This document shows positions 36,748 to 49,726 of a stretch of 64,000 nt of DNA, one piece after another. Every line of letters starts with the position of its first letter. Positions within the stretch are counted from its first letter, which is position 1. The stretch is taken from positions 12,483,673 to 12,547,672 of the forward strand of contig NC_057747.1 in the NCBI RefSeq assembly GCF_004010195.1, in the 5' to 3' direction. The notes beneath the pieces were generated by a model. That model worked only from the letters and a program-made list of their open reading frames with translations, did not search any database and had not been told where the DNA came from. Source of the stretch: Chiloscyllium plagiosum (lineage: Eukaryota). A program made the position numbers and the translations under genes.

Positions 36748-38497
36748 TGCTTTCCTGAAGGACATAAGCAAACTATCGTTTACTTGCATTGACAATGAAG
36801 GCTTGTGGCAAAAAAATTGAAAATAATCAACAAAGGACTATAATAAAAAAAAGGAAACAATTCTGAAGAAATGTCTTGAAGCGTTAGCTCTGACTCTCCC
36901 TGGATGCTGCCAGACCTCCTGTGTTTTGCCAGCAATAGCCGTTTTTGTTTGTGAAAGGGCTATATTGGGTCATTTGGGGTGGTGAGGAGGGGCTTCGCAC
37001 ACTCCAATTCTCACAGATACAGCTCCATTACTGGGAGCAGCAGCTGCCTTTGTAAGGCCCGATGTTACATTAGGCCCACCTCTCTGATATGGGTGCAGCA
37101 ATACAAGACAAAACTGTTTCAAATGTGAGAGTAGTGTGCACCAACCTGTGAAGGTCATCTACTGACCTTGGACAGACAGCTCGTTTGAGAAATGCAAGTG
37201 TCTGTTTAGCAAAGGGATTGCTTTCAGTGCAAGGCATGATGGGACAATGCTTTAGAACAATTTGATGTCTGGACTGAATGGACATTCCTCATTGTAATAA
37301 ACATGACAAAAAAGGCACCTTTAAAAGTGGAAGACCATTTCCATGAAAACTTTAGGCAAACATCGCAAGGAGCTATTGGCTAGTGATTGCTACTTCCTGT
37401 GTCCAAAGCACAATTGTCCTGCTCTTTAAGTCAAGTGAGGTGAAGCAGATCAGGGTTGGAGGGAGCTTTTTGGAGGCAACCAATAGAATACCTGATTTGC
37501 TTTTATTATCTTTAATTTTAATGCCCTTTCATTATAGATGAGTTGGTTGAATGATGGCACTGGGGTTGATGGAAAATGGAGCCTTTGATCGAAAGCACAA
37601 ACCTGGTTGCTTTAGTGGCTCTTGGATTTAGTTTCTAACCTGACCCATCTCTCGGTGATACTGTGTCGTCTTCTTCAATTACCTATTGTTGCCGAGACTA
37701 TAGTAAATTACATTTCAAGATTAAGTCCACTCATCGCTGCTCACCAGTTTCCAAAGTGTGTCTTGTAAAGTGCTCTGTAATTCCATTTGCAAAAAGGTTG
37801 ACCCAATCCCCTCTTTTGTTGACTTTCAGTTATCACTGATGTGTTAAACTCCTGAGGGAAATACGCTTCCTTTTTTGGCAATTCCTATTTTACTTCTGGT
37901 TTCCCCCCCACTTTTTCTTGTTTTAAATAGCATTTTACAACTCCTGTTCCCACTCTTAAAACAGTGCTTTTGTCCTTCCACCATTACTATGCCATCAGGC
38001 TATTGTTACATCGCAAGGCAAGGTTCCCAGTTTGATGCAGTTCCAGACAGAATACTTCAAATCATTAACNNNNNNNNNNNNNNNNNNNNNNNNNNNNNNN
38101 NNNNNNNNNNNNNNNNNNNNNNNNNNNNNNNNNNNNNNNNNNNNNNNNNNNNNNNNNNNNNNNNNNNNNNNNNNNNNNNNNNNNNNNNNNNNNNNNNNNN
38201 NNNNNNNNNNNNNNNNNTTCACTTCCCGTTCCTTAATCTCCTCGGTTGGTTGCAACAAGGTAATTTTAAAAATACATCTCTATCCTAGTGGATACCTTTG
38301 GCCCAGACCCAAATAAACTTTTGGTTGAAAAGGAGCCACTTTAACCCAACTTTATAGAGTGAACTGATTGTGAATTGTGAGAAGAACTTGTAATAAATGT
38401 AGACACGTTAGAAATAAGAGGTAATTCAGAAAGATGAAACTGTTTTAAAAAGTCTAGATTTACGAATCAGTCTTTTATCTCATTGCTTATGAAGAGC

Positions 38498-38760
38498 AAT
38501 GGGGTGGCTCAGTGGTTAGCACTGCTGCCTCACAGCACCAGGGTCCCAGGTTCGATTCCAGCCTTGGACAACTGTGTATGAAGTTTGTACATTCTCCCCG
38601 TCTCTGCGTGGGTTTCCTCCGGGTGCTCCGGTTTCCTCCCACAGTCATTAGTCAGAGGGAAATGGGTCTGGGTGGGTTACTTTTTGGAGGGTCGGTGTGG
38701 ACTTGTTGGGGCAAAGGGCCTGTTTCCACACCGTAGGGAATCGAATCGACTCTAATCTAA
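38498..38760 (+). mobile_element. HE1/V-SINE-like SINE
   Basis: A/B boxes and family body with an internal deletion. Confidence 0.8.
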
Positions 38761-39374
38761 GAATAGTTAAACATTAACAATGTTGCTGTGAAGGTTACTG
38801 GTACCAAGGGTCAGTTTCAAGACCTGATTTCACAAGTTGGGTAAAGATTCCGTTGCTCTGGTACCTTTTCAGTGATGAATTCCAGCATTTACTTTGAAAG
38901 ACACCTTTTGTTGTTCAGTTTCCTTCGGTCTGGTTTTCCAGTTGGTTTCCAGTAGGCAGAGTAAGTGAGTTGAAACTTTATTGCTGGAACAGCACAGCAG
39001 GTCAGGCAGCATCCAGGGAACAGGAGATTCGAAGTTTCGGGCACAGGCCCTTCTTCAGGAACTCCCTTTACCTGCAACATCCCAACCACATGCTTTGGGA
39101 CTGGCATGGTTCCTTCCCAATAAACATGCAATGCAAGAGATTAAACTAACGAGTGAAGATTTTGAACCCTGAAACATTCGACAGACTCCATTTGTTTCAA
39201 GTAGAGGACTCAGATAATCTTTAGAAAAACTCTTCTTTCAAACTAATGTATATCAGTTTAACAGTGACATAGCTTGTGCTCAATCTGGGCATGTATCCCA
39301 TAGTTACATTTTGTTGGGTCTAAAAATGGCACTGACGCTACATTTGGCTCATTGTGACAATGCAGCTCCTCTAT

Positions 39375-40046
39375 CTCCCACACACACCCTTACAGTCACA
39401 GACTTAAGACACTCTGCACTCACTACACACACACATACACTTTCTCACACTCACAACCCCCAACCCAGACAGACACACACGCACACAGACAGACAAAGAC
39501 CCACATGCACACATATAGTTTGTGGGGTGAATTTGTACTTGCAGGGTTACATTGTACTTTGCTCAAAAACTGCATGCATTCATGTAGAACTCTGAGCTCA
39601 AAAACTGCATGAATTTATGTAAAACTCCGTTATCTCACTTTTTAGATTAGAATCAATCTAAACATCATGGCATAGACAGAGAACACAGGGGGCCAACACC
39701 TTCAACATATTGTCTAGCTATCACCATTGTTAACCGCTAACCCGAGAATGCAACTTTTTAAAAAAAATTTTTGTGATTTACACATGAAAGAAGTGAAACT
39801 ATCACTGTATTCTAACAGATGAAAGGCTTAACAGACAATCAATTTTTCAATGTGTAATTTCGGTTACATCACACTGTAAATTTTTGCTATAAATTCTGTG
39901 TGTTAGGATTGAGCCCTCCACTATTACCTGATGAAGGAGCGTCGCTCCGAAAGCTAGTGTGCTTCCAATTAAACCTGTTGGACTATAACCTGGTGTTGTG
40001 TGATTTTTACACCCTAGTCCAACACCGGCATCTCCAAATCATGACT
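39375..40046 (+). mobile_element. Long 3' portion of a family B PLE ending in a hammerhead-bearing terminus
   Basis: CA-rich tract and body, then CTGATGAAGGAGCGTCGCTCCGAAAGCTA at 39928-39956 and the family B end (...ggcatctccaaatcatg). Confidence 0.7.
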
Positions 40047-40052
40047 TCTATC

Positions 40053-40587
40053 AATGTTGTGTTGTCTTTGGTCTTTTTCACAACAAGGCTGAGTTGCTGA
40101 GATGTCTAGGTTTATCTACTTGAAAAAGCTTTTAAGTTTAAAAAAAAACCACTTGTACAATGAAAGGGGAGTGGCAAGTTCTCCCAGCTCAGCTTTTCTC
40201 TGGTTTGCATTTTTAGCAGTCTGGCTGTTCAGCTGCTGGTCAAAGAAACAGCTCCAGGCTGATCCTCTCTCTTTGACATCTTTCCTGTAAGACCCTGTGT
40301 TTGATTTTACCTTTTTGCCAAAGTGAGTGTTTATGGGGATGTTGAAAGAATTGGAACAGCAGCATTAAGTTGAGATAGAGTTGATTGGATTTTTAAATAG
40401 TTATGTTACTCCAAATTCAGTTTTCATTTGTTTGTGTGTAAATAAATAGTTTTGTTTAAAAGTAAGTGGTTGACCAGCTGCATCTCTTCTGGAATATCCA
40501 CTTTACACCTGCTTAAAACAACTAGCAAAGTTAGGGTCTGGGCTACTTTCTTGAAATGTTTTGAGGGGTCTGGACTGGTCTGTAACG
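40053..40587 (+). mobile_element. Probable solo LTR (may start at 39353, interrupted by the PLE)
   Basis: AATAAA near 40441; 3' end similar to 17950-17979. Confidence 0.4.
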
Positions 40588-41358
40588 ATATTGAGAGAGC
40601 CAAACAGTTGTTGAAAGACATATTTTAGACATTGTATTTTTAAAACCACTTCAGTTTAGCTGGTGGGGGCCAGACCAATATATTAATTTCGATAAAATTT
40701 TGTATAACTTTTTAAAATTCACTAGACATACTGAGCATTCATTGCTCATCTCCAATCACCTTGGAGAGGATGACGGAAGGTCACATCTGACTAACTTGCC
40801 AGATCGTTTCAGAGGGATGTTAAGAGTTACCCATATTTTTATGAGTTTGGACTTTTCGACAGTCAAGCCCAGGTAAAAATATCAGATTTATTTTCGGTGA
40901 ACTGGTGAATATTTAAATGTTTCATGGTTACCATCACTGATTGTGGCTTCTTATTCCAGATTGATTTGATTGCATTTAAATTCCTCAACTGTTGTAGCAA
41001 GATTTGCAGTATTATCCCTCTGTAGGTCTAGTAAACTGCTCGAAATATTTGATGAAGTAAATATAACTTCCCTTCAGAAGTGAGTGTCGAAAGTATTCTT
41101 CCCCTTGTGGGAGAGATTACAACAAAAATCAGGGTCTTCTGCTTGAGATGGAGAATGATTTTCTCTCAGAAGTTTCCGAGCCTGTGGAAGTTTCTTCCCC
41201 AGGGAGTGGTGGAGACAGATTGTTAAATAATTTTGGGGTAGAGATAGATAGATATTGGGCAAGAAAGTGGAATTGAGGCCAGATTCTGAATGGCTAAGAT
41301 CTTATCCAATAGCAGAACAGGTCTGAGAGGCTGAATGACCTGCATCTCCGAATTCATA

Positions 41359-42155
41359 TGTTGGCTGGTAAATGTCCCTGATCAGTCCCAACCTTAGAGT
41401 GTTTCCTAAAGTTATTCTGGGAAAAGATCTGCCGCCCTGCCTACCCATAACAGGCCCACACAAAACACAGGAAAGCAAACTTGACCAAACTATACCCAGA
41501 ATGCCTCAGTAAGGACCATCCAGGCTGGCAAGTGAAACCAGACAGCATTTGCAGACAATGGAATCCACGTCCCAAAACACACGGACAATACCAGGTCAAC
41601 ACAGCTGTCCCAGAGCCTCCAGGGCAGTCTCATAACACAGTAATACCAAAGGGGCGGCAGGGTGGCTCAGCTGCCTCACAGCGCCAGGGATCCAGTTTCG
41701 ATTCCCGCTCAGGCCACTGTCTGTGTGGAGTTTGCACATTCTCCCCAAGGACATTGCTCCCAGGACAAGACAATGGAAGCACCTTACTGTTTGAAAAGAG
41801 ATATTCTCACCTACCTGTAAAGAGAGCTGGAATCTCCTGATCCCATTGATACTGTCAGGATGTTGCATTGTGTCAAGAATGAGGACATTCTTCCCATAAC
41901 TTTCTCAATTATCATCATTGTAACTGGATTACTCCATTTCCAAATACGTTGTATCTTTCCCCATTTTAATTAACATTATTGTACAAGATTCCTATAAAAC
42001 CTGGCTTCATCCTCAGTTCAAGGAAGAGAATTCTGGCGACCTGGACAGACTGTGTTGTTTCAGCTTCATCAATTTCCGTACTATTAAACTGTCTGTCAAT
42101 TTCATTTCGAATTGTGCTTTGTGATCTCTAATTTATTGGGCTAATTTCTCCGACA
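41359..42155 (+). mobile_element. Possible solo LTR containing a SINE fragment (41655-41748)
   Basis: TGTTGG...CCGACA termini, CCTATAAAA at 41991 and ATTAAA at about 42083 in LTR-like order; no clear TSD. Confidence 0.4.
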
Positions 42156-43719
42156 GTTTCTCAGTCATAGGCATCTTCTAATCCAAATCTAAGTGGTCTA
42201 GGCATGAGGGAGAAAGGAATACAAGGGTAGGTGATATCTGTTAATGTTGGACGGAGTGTCTCTGAAGCACAAACGATGGCAAACAGCCTCCAGCCCAAAA
42301 GAAGGGTGGATGCTGTGAATCAGAAACAAATTGCTGGAAAAGCTCACCAGGTCTGGCAGCATCTGTGGAGAGCAATCAGAGTTAACATGTCAGGCCGAGT
42401 GACCCTTGCTCTGAAAGGTTAAAGGTTAATTTGTCAATGACAAGTAACTGTTGGCTTATTTCTGTGCAGCTTCATGATTCTTTTGTTTTGAACAAAGATA
42501 GATCCAATTTTAATTCTGTAAGAAAGTAATGGCGTTCCAAATGACTTAAAACCTCAACCAATGGAATTCATCTTTTTTGGGGGGATAATTTACACATTTA
42601 TAAAGTTTTTGTTTCCAACTAATTATTTTTCCCTCTGTTATTTCATCACTAATCATAGTGTGTTGGAGTTGGGACATAAGTCTTTAGAGATGTGCTGACC
42701 TTTTAAATACACTTTCTTTCTTTAATTGTTATCTCTATTAGTTCTTCATTCACATCTTCCTCTGTACTTCTGCAATCTTGACTTTGTGTGCCTTCATGAA
42801 TCTGCCTTTCGCAAAATATTTGTTACGTATCCCTGCCACTACCTAATCTTACTAAAAGATTAGCTTAGATTTGTCTCTTGTTTTGATACACTATTACACC
42901 ACATTTTGACAAGAAAACATTTTTCCCCTTCCTTACCTATCAGCCACAGTAATCTCCCTTTGATTGTTCTGCTTTTTATACTCCTCTGTTCTCTCTTATG
43001 TGCTGGGTCTCATTCTAGTCCACGTCCCAGTTAAACTTTCTTTCTGAGCTGATCAACTTTGTCAGCCAAATGATTCGAGTTTTCCTCTGGATTTATCTAT
43101 TTTGCTTTGAAATATTTCCCGCTGTTGACATGCTGTTTTACTTGCAAATAGTTCTATTGACTTAATCAAGGTTCTGTTCCCTATCATATCATCTAGATTT
43201 GCGCTGTTTGAAAATTAATTCTGATGGTCATTTTAATTTATGGCGGCGAACAGTTGATTCTCCAACTGAGGAGTTTTATGGTGCAGTGGTATCTCTGGAC
43301 CAGGAGACAATGATCCAAGTCACACTTGCTCCAGAGGTGTGTAGCAACATGAAACTAAAGCAAATAACTGTGGATGTTGGAAATCTGAATTAAAACGGAA
43401 GTTTTGAAGAAAGATCACTGGTGGCCAGAGGTTAACTCTCAACAGGTGCTGTCAGACCTGCTAAGTTTCTCCAGTAATTTCTGTTTCGTGTGTACTAGCA
43501 TCGCTGATTAGGAAATTATATGTTCTTTATTTGTTTGTAAGGTATTAGGATGGGGCAAAATGTTATATAAAGGACAAAATCTATGGGGGCAGGGTCAAAG
43601 ATTGCCCCAGTCAAGGATTGAGTGTCCCTTGTTGACAAATCCCACTATTAAGGACCACACTAAATAGATTTTAAAGCATTCACAGTGCACTCATTCCCTG
43701 CTCCCTAATATATTTATTT

Positions 43720-43925
43720 AAGATTTGGAGATGCCAGTGTTGGACTGGGGTGTACAAAGTTAAAAATCACACCAGGTTATAGTCCAACCGGTTTAATTGG
43801 AAGTACGCTAGCTTTTGGAGCACTAATCCTTCATCACAACCACCTGATAAAGGAGCAACACTAGTGCTTCCAAATAAACCTGTTGGACTATAACCTGGTG
43901 TTGTGTGATTTTTAACTTTGTTCAC
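43720..43925. mobile_element. Fold-back PLE-terminus element, family B
   Basis: Family B terminus plus inverted copy. Confidence 0.75.
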
Positions 43926-43966
43926 TCCATATTGTCTGTATCTGAAAACCAGAAACGAGGATGGAT

Positions 43967-44000
43967 CTGCACTGCTTGGTATTGCCACGAGGTGGCGGCA
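43967..44000 (+). promoter_or_regulatory. Candidate CTCF binding site
   Basis: TGCCACGAGGTGGCGGCA core with an upstream CTGCACTGC resembling the CTCF upstream motif. Confidence 0.55.
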
Positions 44001-44224
44001 TTGAACCGAGCAGCATTTCAAACAAGTGAGACCATAGCAATTACCAAGACTGTGCCATAAACCTGGACAATGTGACTATAGAATGCTGCAGGGCAGTTTA
44101 AATGGTCTCTAATATGTCCCCAGGGTTGTTAAATTAATGTCATTGTTGTGATATATTAAGCCATATTTTAATCAACCTGATTTAGCTTCATTTTGACATA
44201 GTTCTGAAGCATCTATGCAGTTGG

Positions 44225-44505
44225 TGATGTGGTGGTTCAGTGGTTAGTATCGCTGCCTTACAGCACTAGGGACCTGGGTTCAATTCCAGCCTTGGGTGAC
44301 TGTCTGTGTGGAGTTTGTATATTGTCTGTGTGGGTTTCCCCCACAATCCAATGATGTGCAGGCCAGGTGAATTGACCATAATGTGTAGGTTAGGTGCATT
44401 ATTCAGGGGTAAATATAGAGTATGGGTCTGGGTGGATTATCCTTTGGAGGGCCAGTGTGGATTTTTGATTCAAAAAGCTTGTTTCCACACTGTAGGGATT
44501 CTTTG
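44225..44505 (+). mobile_element. HE1/V-SINE-like SINE (diverged)
   Basis: A/B boxes and family body. Confidence 0.75.
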
Positions 44506-44621
44506 ATCTTTGAACCCAGATCTGCTCAGAGGTAAGGACATTGCCAGTGCACCACAAGAGGCCGTTGGCACACTGTTATATCAATCTTGCCTAACCAGAA
44601 TCAGATCCATCATTTCCTCTT

Positions 44622-45158
44622 TGGTGGAAGTGAGCTCTGCAGATGCTGGAGATCAGAGTCAAGAGTGTGTTGCTGGAAAAGCACAGCAGGTCAGGCAGCA
44701 TCCGAGGAGCAGGAGAATTGACGTTCTGGGCATAAGCTCTTCATCAGGAATGAGGCTGGGAGCCTCAGGGGTGGAGAGATAAATGGGAGAGGCTGGGGCT
44801 GGGGAGAAGGTTGCGGAGAGTGCAGTAGGTGGATGGAGGTGGGGATAAAGGTAATAGGTCGGGGGGGTGGAGCAGATAGCCGGGAAGGAAGATTGATGGG
44901 TGGGACAGGTGAAGCCCACATTGATGCCCTGGGGTTGGAGGGTCCCAAGGCGGAAGATGAAAACATTTCAACTCCCTCTCCCACTCTGCTGAGGACATGC
45001 AGGTTCTGGGCTTCCTCCAGGTGTTGGGTGGTGAGGGGGCGGCGGTGGTGAAGGCCCAGGACATTCATATCCTCGGCAGAGTGGGAGGGGGAGTTGAAAT
45101 GTTCAGCCATGGGGCGGTGGGGTTGATTGGTGCGGGTGTCCCAGAGATGTTCTCTGAA
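44622..45158 (-). mobile_element. 5'-truncated Penelope-like element: GIY-YIG C-terminal region joined to the family A terminus
   Basis: FREHLWDTRTNQPHRPMAEHFNSPSHSAEDMNVLGL, homologous to the region downstream of the GIY-YIG motif at 16.75-16.85 kb; short internal inversion at about 44965-45010; 11-bp direct repeat catttcctctt at 44611-44621 and 45159-45169. Confidence 0.85.
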
Positions 45159-47261
45159 CATTTCCTCTTGTCAAGTCTTGCCTATCACTGACAGCAGCTT
45201 GTCATAATCTGGATTGGCAAATGAGCAACAATTGAGAGATTGCAATGACAAGTCAGTGGCGGCTACTTGCTACAGTGAATTTGAGGCAAATCCAGGGCTT
45301 AGGGTAATGTTGGGAAGCAGTGAGTGAACGTGAGGAGTGGGGGAAGAGCTGGGAAATTGCCCAGAACATAACAAACACAGTTAAAACTCACACAACACCA
45401 ACTTGTAGCCCAACAGGTTTAACTTTGTCCACCCCAGTGCAACACGGGCACCTGGTAATAACACAGAAAACGCAGAAGCACACACAAGGCTTTCAAACAA
45501 TGAAAGGTAGTTTCATTGAAACATGCAAAATTCCTGACACGGCCTGGAAAAATGTTTCCTCCCAGCTGGCGAGACTGCAGCTGCTTCAGAATGAAGGTTT
45601 GGTGAGAATTTACAGCTGGAACATCAGCTAAGACCATATTAACTGTTGGAACAGACTCAGAATGGCCTATTCCTGCACCTATTCCTCATTCTGGTGGTCA
45701 GTCAGTGCAGCACTAAAGTGTTCACTCCTAGATATCTGCTAGGTTTTCCCCGTACCTCCTGGTTTTATTTCAAATTTCCACGACCCTTTCCTTCAGGAAA
45801 ATCTCTAACTTCCCAGAAACTGTGAGTGGAGTGAACTGGGTCAGGAATCTGTTGCGACAGGGTAAAAATAAACTCAACTGGGAGTGAGTCAGACAGTATT
45901 ACCCCTCAGGTCCTGAGTACACGCAGATCCTGCCTGAACAGGGCAAAGATTCCACTGGCGACTAAACTATACCAGACCCAACAGCGCCCTAACACACACA
46001 CATACACACACACTNNNNNNNNNNNNNNNNNNNNNNNNNNNNNNNNNNNNNNNNNNNNNNNNNNNNNNNNNNNNNNNNNNNNNNNNNNNNNNNNNNNNNN
46101 NNNNNNNNNNNNNNNNNNNNNNNNNNNNNNNNNNNNNNNNNNNNNNNNNNNNNNNNNNNNNNNNNNNNNNNNNNNNNNNNNNNNNNNNNNNNNNNNNNNN
46201 NNNNNNNNNNNNNNNNNNNNNNNNNNNNNNNNNNNNNNNNNNNNNNNNNNNNNNNNNNNNNNNNNNNNNNNNNNNNNNNNNNNNNNNNNNNNNNNNNNNN
46301 NNNNNNNNNNNNNNNNNNNNNNNNNNNNNNNNNNNNNNNNNNNNNNNNNNNNNNNNNNNNNNNNNNNNNNNNNNNNNNNNNNNNNNNNNNNNNNNNNNNN
46401 NNNNNNNNNNNNNNNNNNNNNNNNNNNNNNNNNNNNNNNNNNNNNNNNNNNNNNNNNNNNNNNNNNNNNNNNNNNNNNNNNNNNNNNNNNNNNNNNNNNN
46501 NNNNNNNNNNNNNNNNNNNNNNNNNNNNNNNNNNNNNNNNNNNNNNNNNNNNNNNNNNNNNNNNNNNNNNNNNNNNNNNNNNNNNNNNNNNNNNNNNNNN
46601 NNNNNNNNNNNNNNNNNNNNNNNNNNNNNNNNNNNNNNNNNNNNNNNNNNNNNNNNNNNNNNCCTCCCCCTCCCCAAACCCCCCTCCCCATTCTCCCACT
46701 CCCCTTCCCCTCCCCACTCCTCCCTCTCCAAAAATGTGAGAGGAATTGTGTTGAAATTCCTAACACAACGATCTCTGCAGGTTGTGGAAACGTACATGTG
46801 CATGGGACCTTCCTGCTTTTCGCTGTCTCAAGCTACAGGATGTGCATTTAAAACAAAATCACTTGTTTATTTCTAGACGCAAGCCTGGGGCAGATGGGAT
46901 TTAGATCCAAAGAGGATCTAATCTTGAGGTGGTTGATATGGAGCCCACATCTCAGGAGCTCCACAGTTTCTGGGGATGAAATTCAGCACCATAGACCATG
47001 CGACCTAATTCTTAATCAACACTCCTTCTGGACTGTGTCTCCCCAAGTGCTCCATTACCTATTTCACTGAATACGTTTTTCTTCATTAGGGACAATTGGA
47101 TCTAACAGTGGGGCAGAGACTCTTGCGGTAAAGTGATAGTACTCCCACCTCTGAGCTCGGATACCCAGGTTCAGGTCCTAGCTACTTAAGAGGTGGGTAG
47201 TAACATCTCTGAACTGCTTGATTAGGAAATGTCGAACAATCAGATAGAGTTACGTCAAATT

Positions 47262-47628
47262 GCAGAAAACAAACGCTGGAGATCACAGCAGGTCAGGCAG
47301 CATCCATGGTGTGAGAGAGAGAGAGAGAGAGAGCAAGCCAACATTTCAGTTCTAGATGACTCTTCTGATGAAGAGGAGAAAGTGAGGACTGCAGATGCTG
47401 GAATTCCGGATGAAGGGCTTATAACTGAAATGTTGACTGTCCTGCTCCTCGGATGCGGCCTGATCTGCTGTGCGTTTCCAGCGCCACACTTTTTGACTCT
47501 TCTGATGAAGAGTCTAGATTCAAAACATTAGCTCGCTTTATGTCCATGGATGCTGCTTGACCCGTTGTGATCTCCAGCCTGTTTTGTTTTCTGTTCAGAT
47601 GCTAGCAGCTGCAGTAATTTGCTCCTGC
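47262..47628. mobile_element. Family C fold-back element with a family A element (47376-47493) inserted at its centre
   Basis: 19-bp duplication tgactcttctgatgaagag at 47357-47375 and 47494-47512. Confidence 0.75.
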
Positions 47629-47919
47629 ATCATTATTTTAACGTTTATTTTCCCAACATGACCCAGAGAACTGGGTCATCCCAGTGCCCACATTCCCAAC
47701 CATTACAATATGCAGCAATAAACTTCAGTTTGTCCCAGTAGCATTCAGTACAACTGCAATTGTCTTAATATTTACAAAATCACTTTGGACGTATTTTTAA
47801 CTTAAGCAGACAGTAATCAACAGGGCTTCTTACACGACATCTTCCAGATTCATGACCATTTCCATCTGGAATATCTGAAATATTGGTAAAGGGTGAAGGT
47901 TAGAGATTTACCATAAGAA

Positions 47920-48035
47920 TGGGGGGAAACTGCCCCTTTCTTCTTCAATAAAGTGGAGCGGTTTTACATTCACTTGAGAGGCAGATGGAGTCTCACGTAT
48001 GATTTATCCACCTCTGACAGTGCAGCATTCCCGCA
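47920..48035 (-). mobile_element. DeuSINE (SacSINE1/AmnSINE-like) central-domain fragment
   Basis: ttttacattcacttgagaggcagatggagtctc...cacctctgacagtgcagcattccc resembles the Deu domain (recognised from memory). Confidence 0.5.
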
Positions 48036-48122
48036 TTGCAGGAGGCTCAGTGCCTGGTGGTACAGTGGTAATGGGTTCGTATCCGGGGACCCAAGCTGTG
48101 AGTTTGAATCCTACCAGTGTGG

Positions 48123-48337
48123 ATGTAGGTTTGCTCGCTGAGCTGGAAGGTTCACTTTCAGACGTTTCGTCACTATACTAGGTAACATCAGTGAGTCTCC
48201 GAAAGAAGCTTTGTCCGGAGGCTCACTGAGGATGTTACCTAGTGTGGTGACAAAATGTCTGAAAATGAACCTTCCAGCTCAGTGAGCAAACCTACACCCA
48301 GAACCTCAACCTGAGCTACAAATCTTCTCAAACCTCA
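48123..48337. mobile_element. Fold-back PLE-terminus element, family D
   Basis: Inverted arms around about 48208; 13-bp direct repeat cctaccagtgtgg at 48110-48122 and 48338-48350; degenerate core CTGAGGA-T-GTTACC..GGTGAC-AAAATGTC. Confidence 0.75.
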
Positions 48338-48818
48338 CCTACCAGTGTGGCAGCTGGTGGAATTTAAATTTAAGTTAAAAATCTGGAATATAAAGACAGT
48401 CTCTACAACTATTGTCACAACTATTGTCAATTGTTGTAAAGACAAATGCCCTGAAAGGAAATCTATCATCCTTACCTCAGTATGGCTAACAGCATCTGGG
48501 ATAATTGTCTTTATTAGCCAAGACATTGAATGCAGCAGCAAAGAGGTTATGATGGAGCTGTATATAACATTAATCAGGACATAGCTGGAATTTTAAAAAT
48601 ATATTCAATCTGGGATGTGGCCATCGCTGCCTGGGCCAACATTTATTGCCCGTCCCTAGTTTCTCCTTGAGAAGGTGGGGGTGAGCTGCCTTCTTGAACT
48701 GCTGAAGTCCACCTGTTGTAGGTTGGCTCATGACGCTACTAGCAGAGAATTCCGGAATTTTGATCCAATGACGGTGAAGGAATGGCGATATATTTCCAAG
48801 TCAAGATGGTGAGTGGCT

Positions 48819-49726
48819 GGGGGTGATGTTCCCATGTGTCTGCTGCCCTTGTCCTTCTACATGGAAGTGGTCATGCGTTTGGAAGATGCTGTGTGCAGGT
48901 ATGGTCACCGTACAGTAGAAAGAATGTGATGGCACTGGAAAAGGTGCAGAGGAGATTCACCAGGATGTTGCCGGGCTGGGGTGATTCTGCTGTAAAGACA
49001 GTCTACAAAGGCTGAGGTCTTAGATCAGATTCCCCACAGTATGGAAACAGGCCCTTTGGCCCAACAAGTCCACACCAACCCTCCGAAGAGTAACCGTCAG
49101 ACCCACTGCCCAACCCTATACTTACCCCTGACTAACACATCTAATACTATGGGCAAAATAGTATGGCCAATTCACCTGACCTGCACATCTTTGGACTGTG
49201 GGAGGAAACCGGAGCACCCGGAGGAAACCCATGCAGACACAGGGAGAATGTGCAAACTCCACACAGATAGTTGCCTGAGGTGGGACTCAGGTCCCTGGTG
49301 CTGTGAGGAAGCAGTGCTAACCACTGAGCCACTGTGCCACCCAATACTTATCCTAATAGCAAAAGGAGGTGAAAGTAAAGGGTAGAGGTGTTTGAGTGTG
49401 GTGTACCAAGTTCTGAGGGACATAAACAGAATATATAGGGAGAAATGTTTCCCTTTAGTAGAATAACAGGGGGCACAGTTGTAAGGCAAGGAGCAAGAGG
49501 GGTCAGAGGGAATTTGAGGTGTATGTATCTGAAATCCTCTACCGAAAAGGGTGATGGGAAGGGAACTTTCAAACTCACATCCTGGTGAATCTCCTCTGCA
49601 CCTTTTCCAGTGCCATCACATTCTTTCTACTATACGGTGACCATACCTGCACACAGCATCTTCCAAACGCATGACCACTTCCATGTAGAAGGACAAGGGC
49701 AGCAGACACATGGGAACATCACCCCC
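48819..49726. repeat. 150-bp inverted duplication (48819-48968 vs 49577-49726)
   Basis: The two segments are reverse complements with a single mismatch seen by eye. Confidence 0.9.
49022..49342 (-). mobile_element. HE1/V-SINE-like SINE
   Basis: Near full-length reverse copy. Confidence 0.85.

Noticed and set aside
45906-46803. ORFs spanning the 46015-46662 gap (likewise those across 38070-38217)
   Set aside because: Open only because of N runs.
46982-47002. REST/NRSE-like TTCAGCACCATAGACC
   Set aside because: Only the left half matches; the GGACAG half is broken and the site is far from SPRN.
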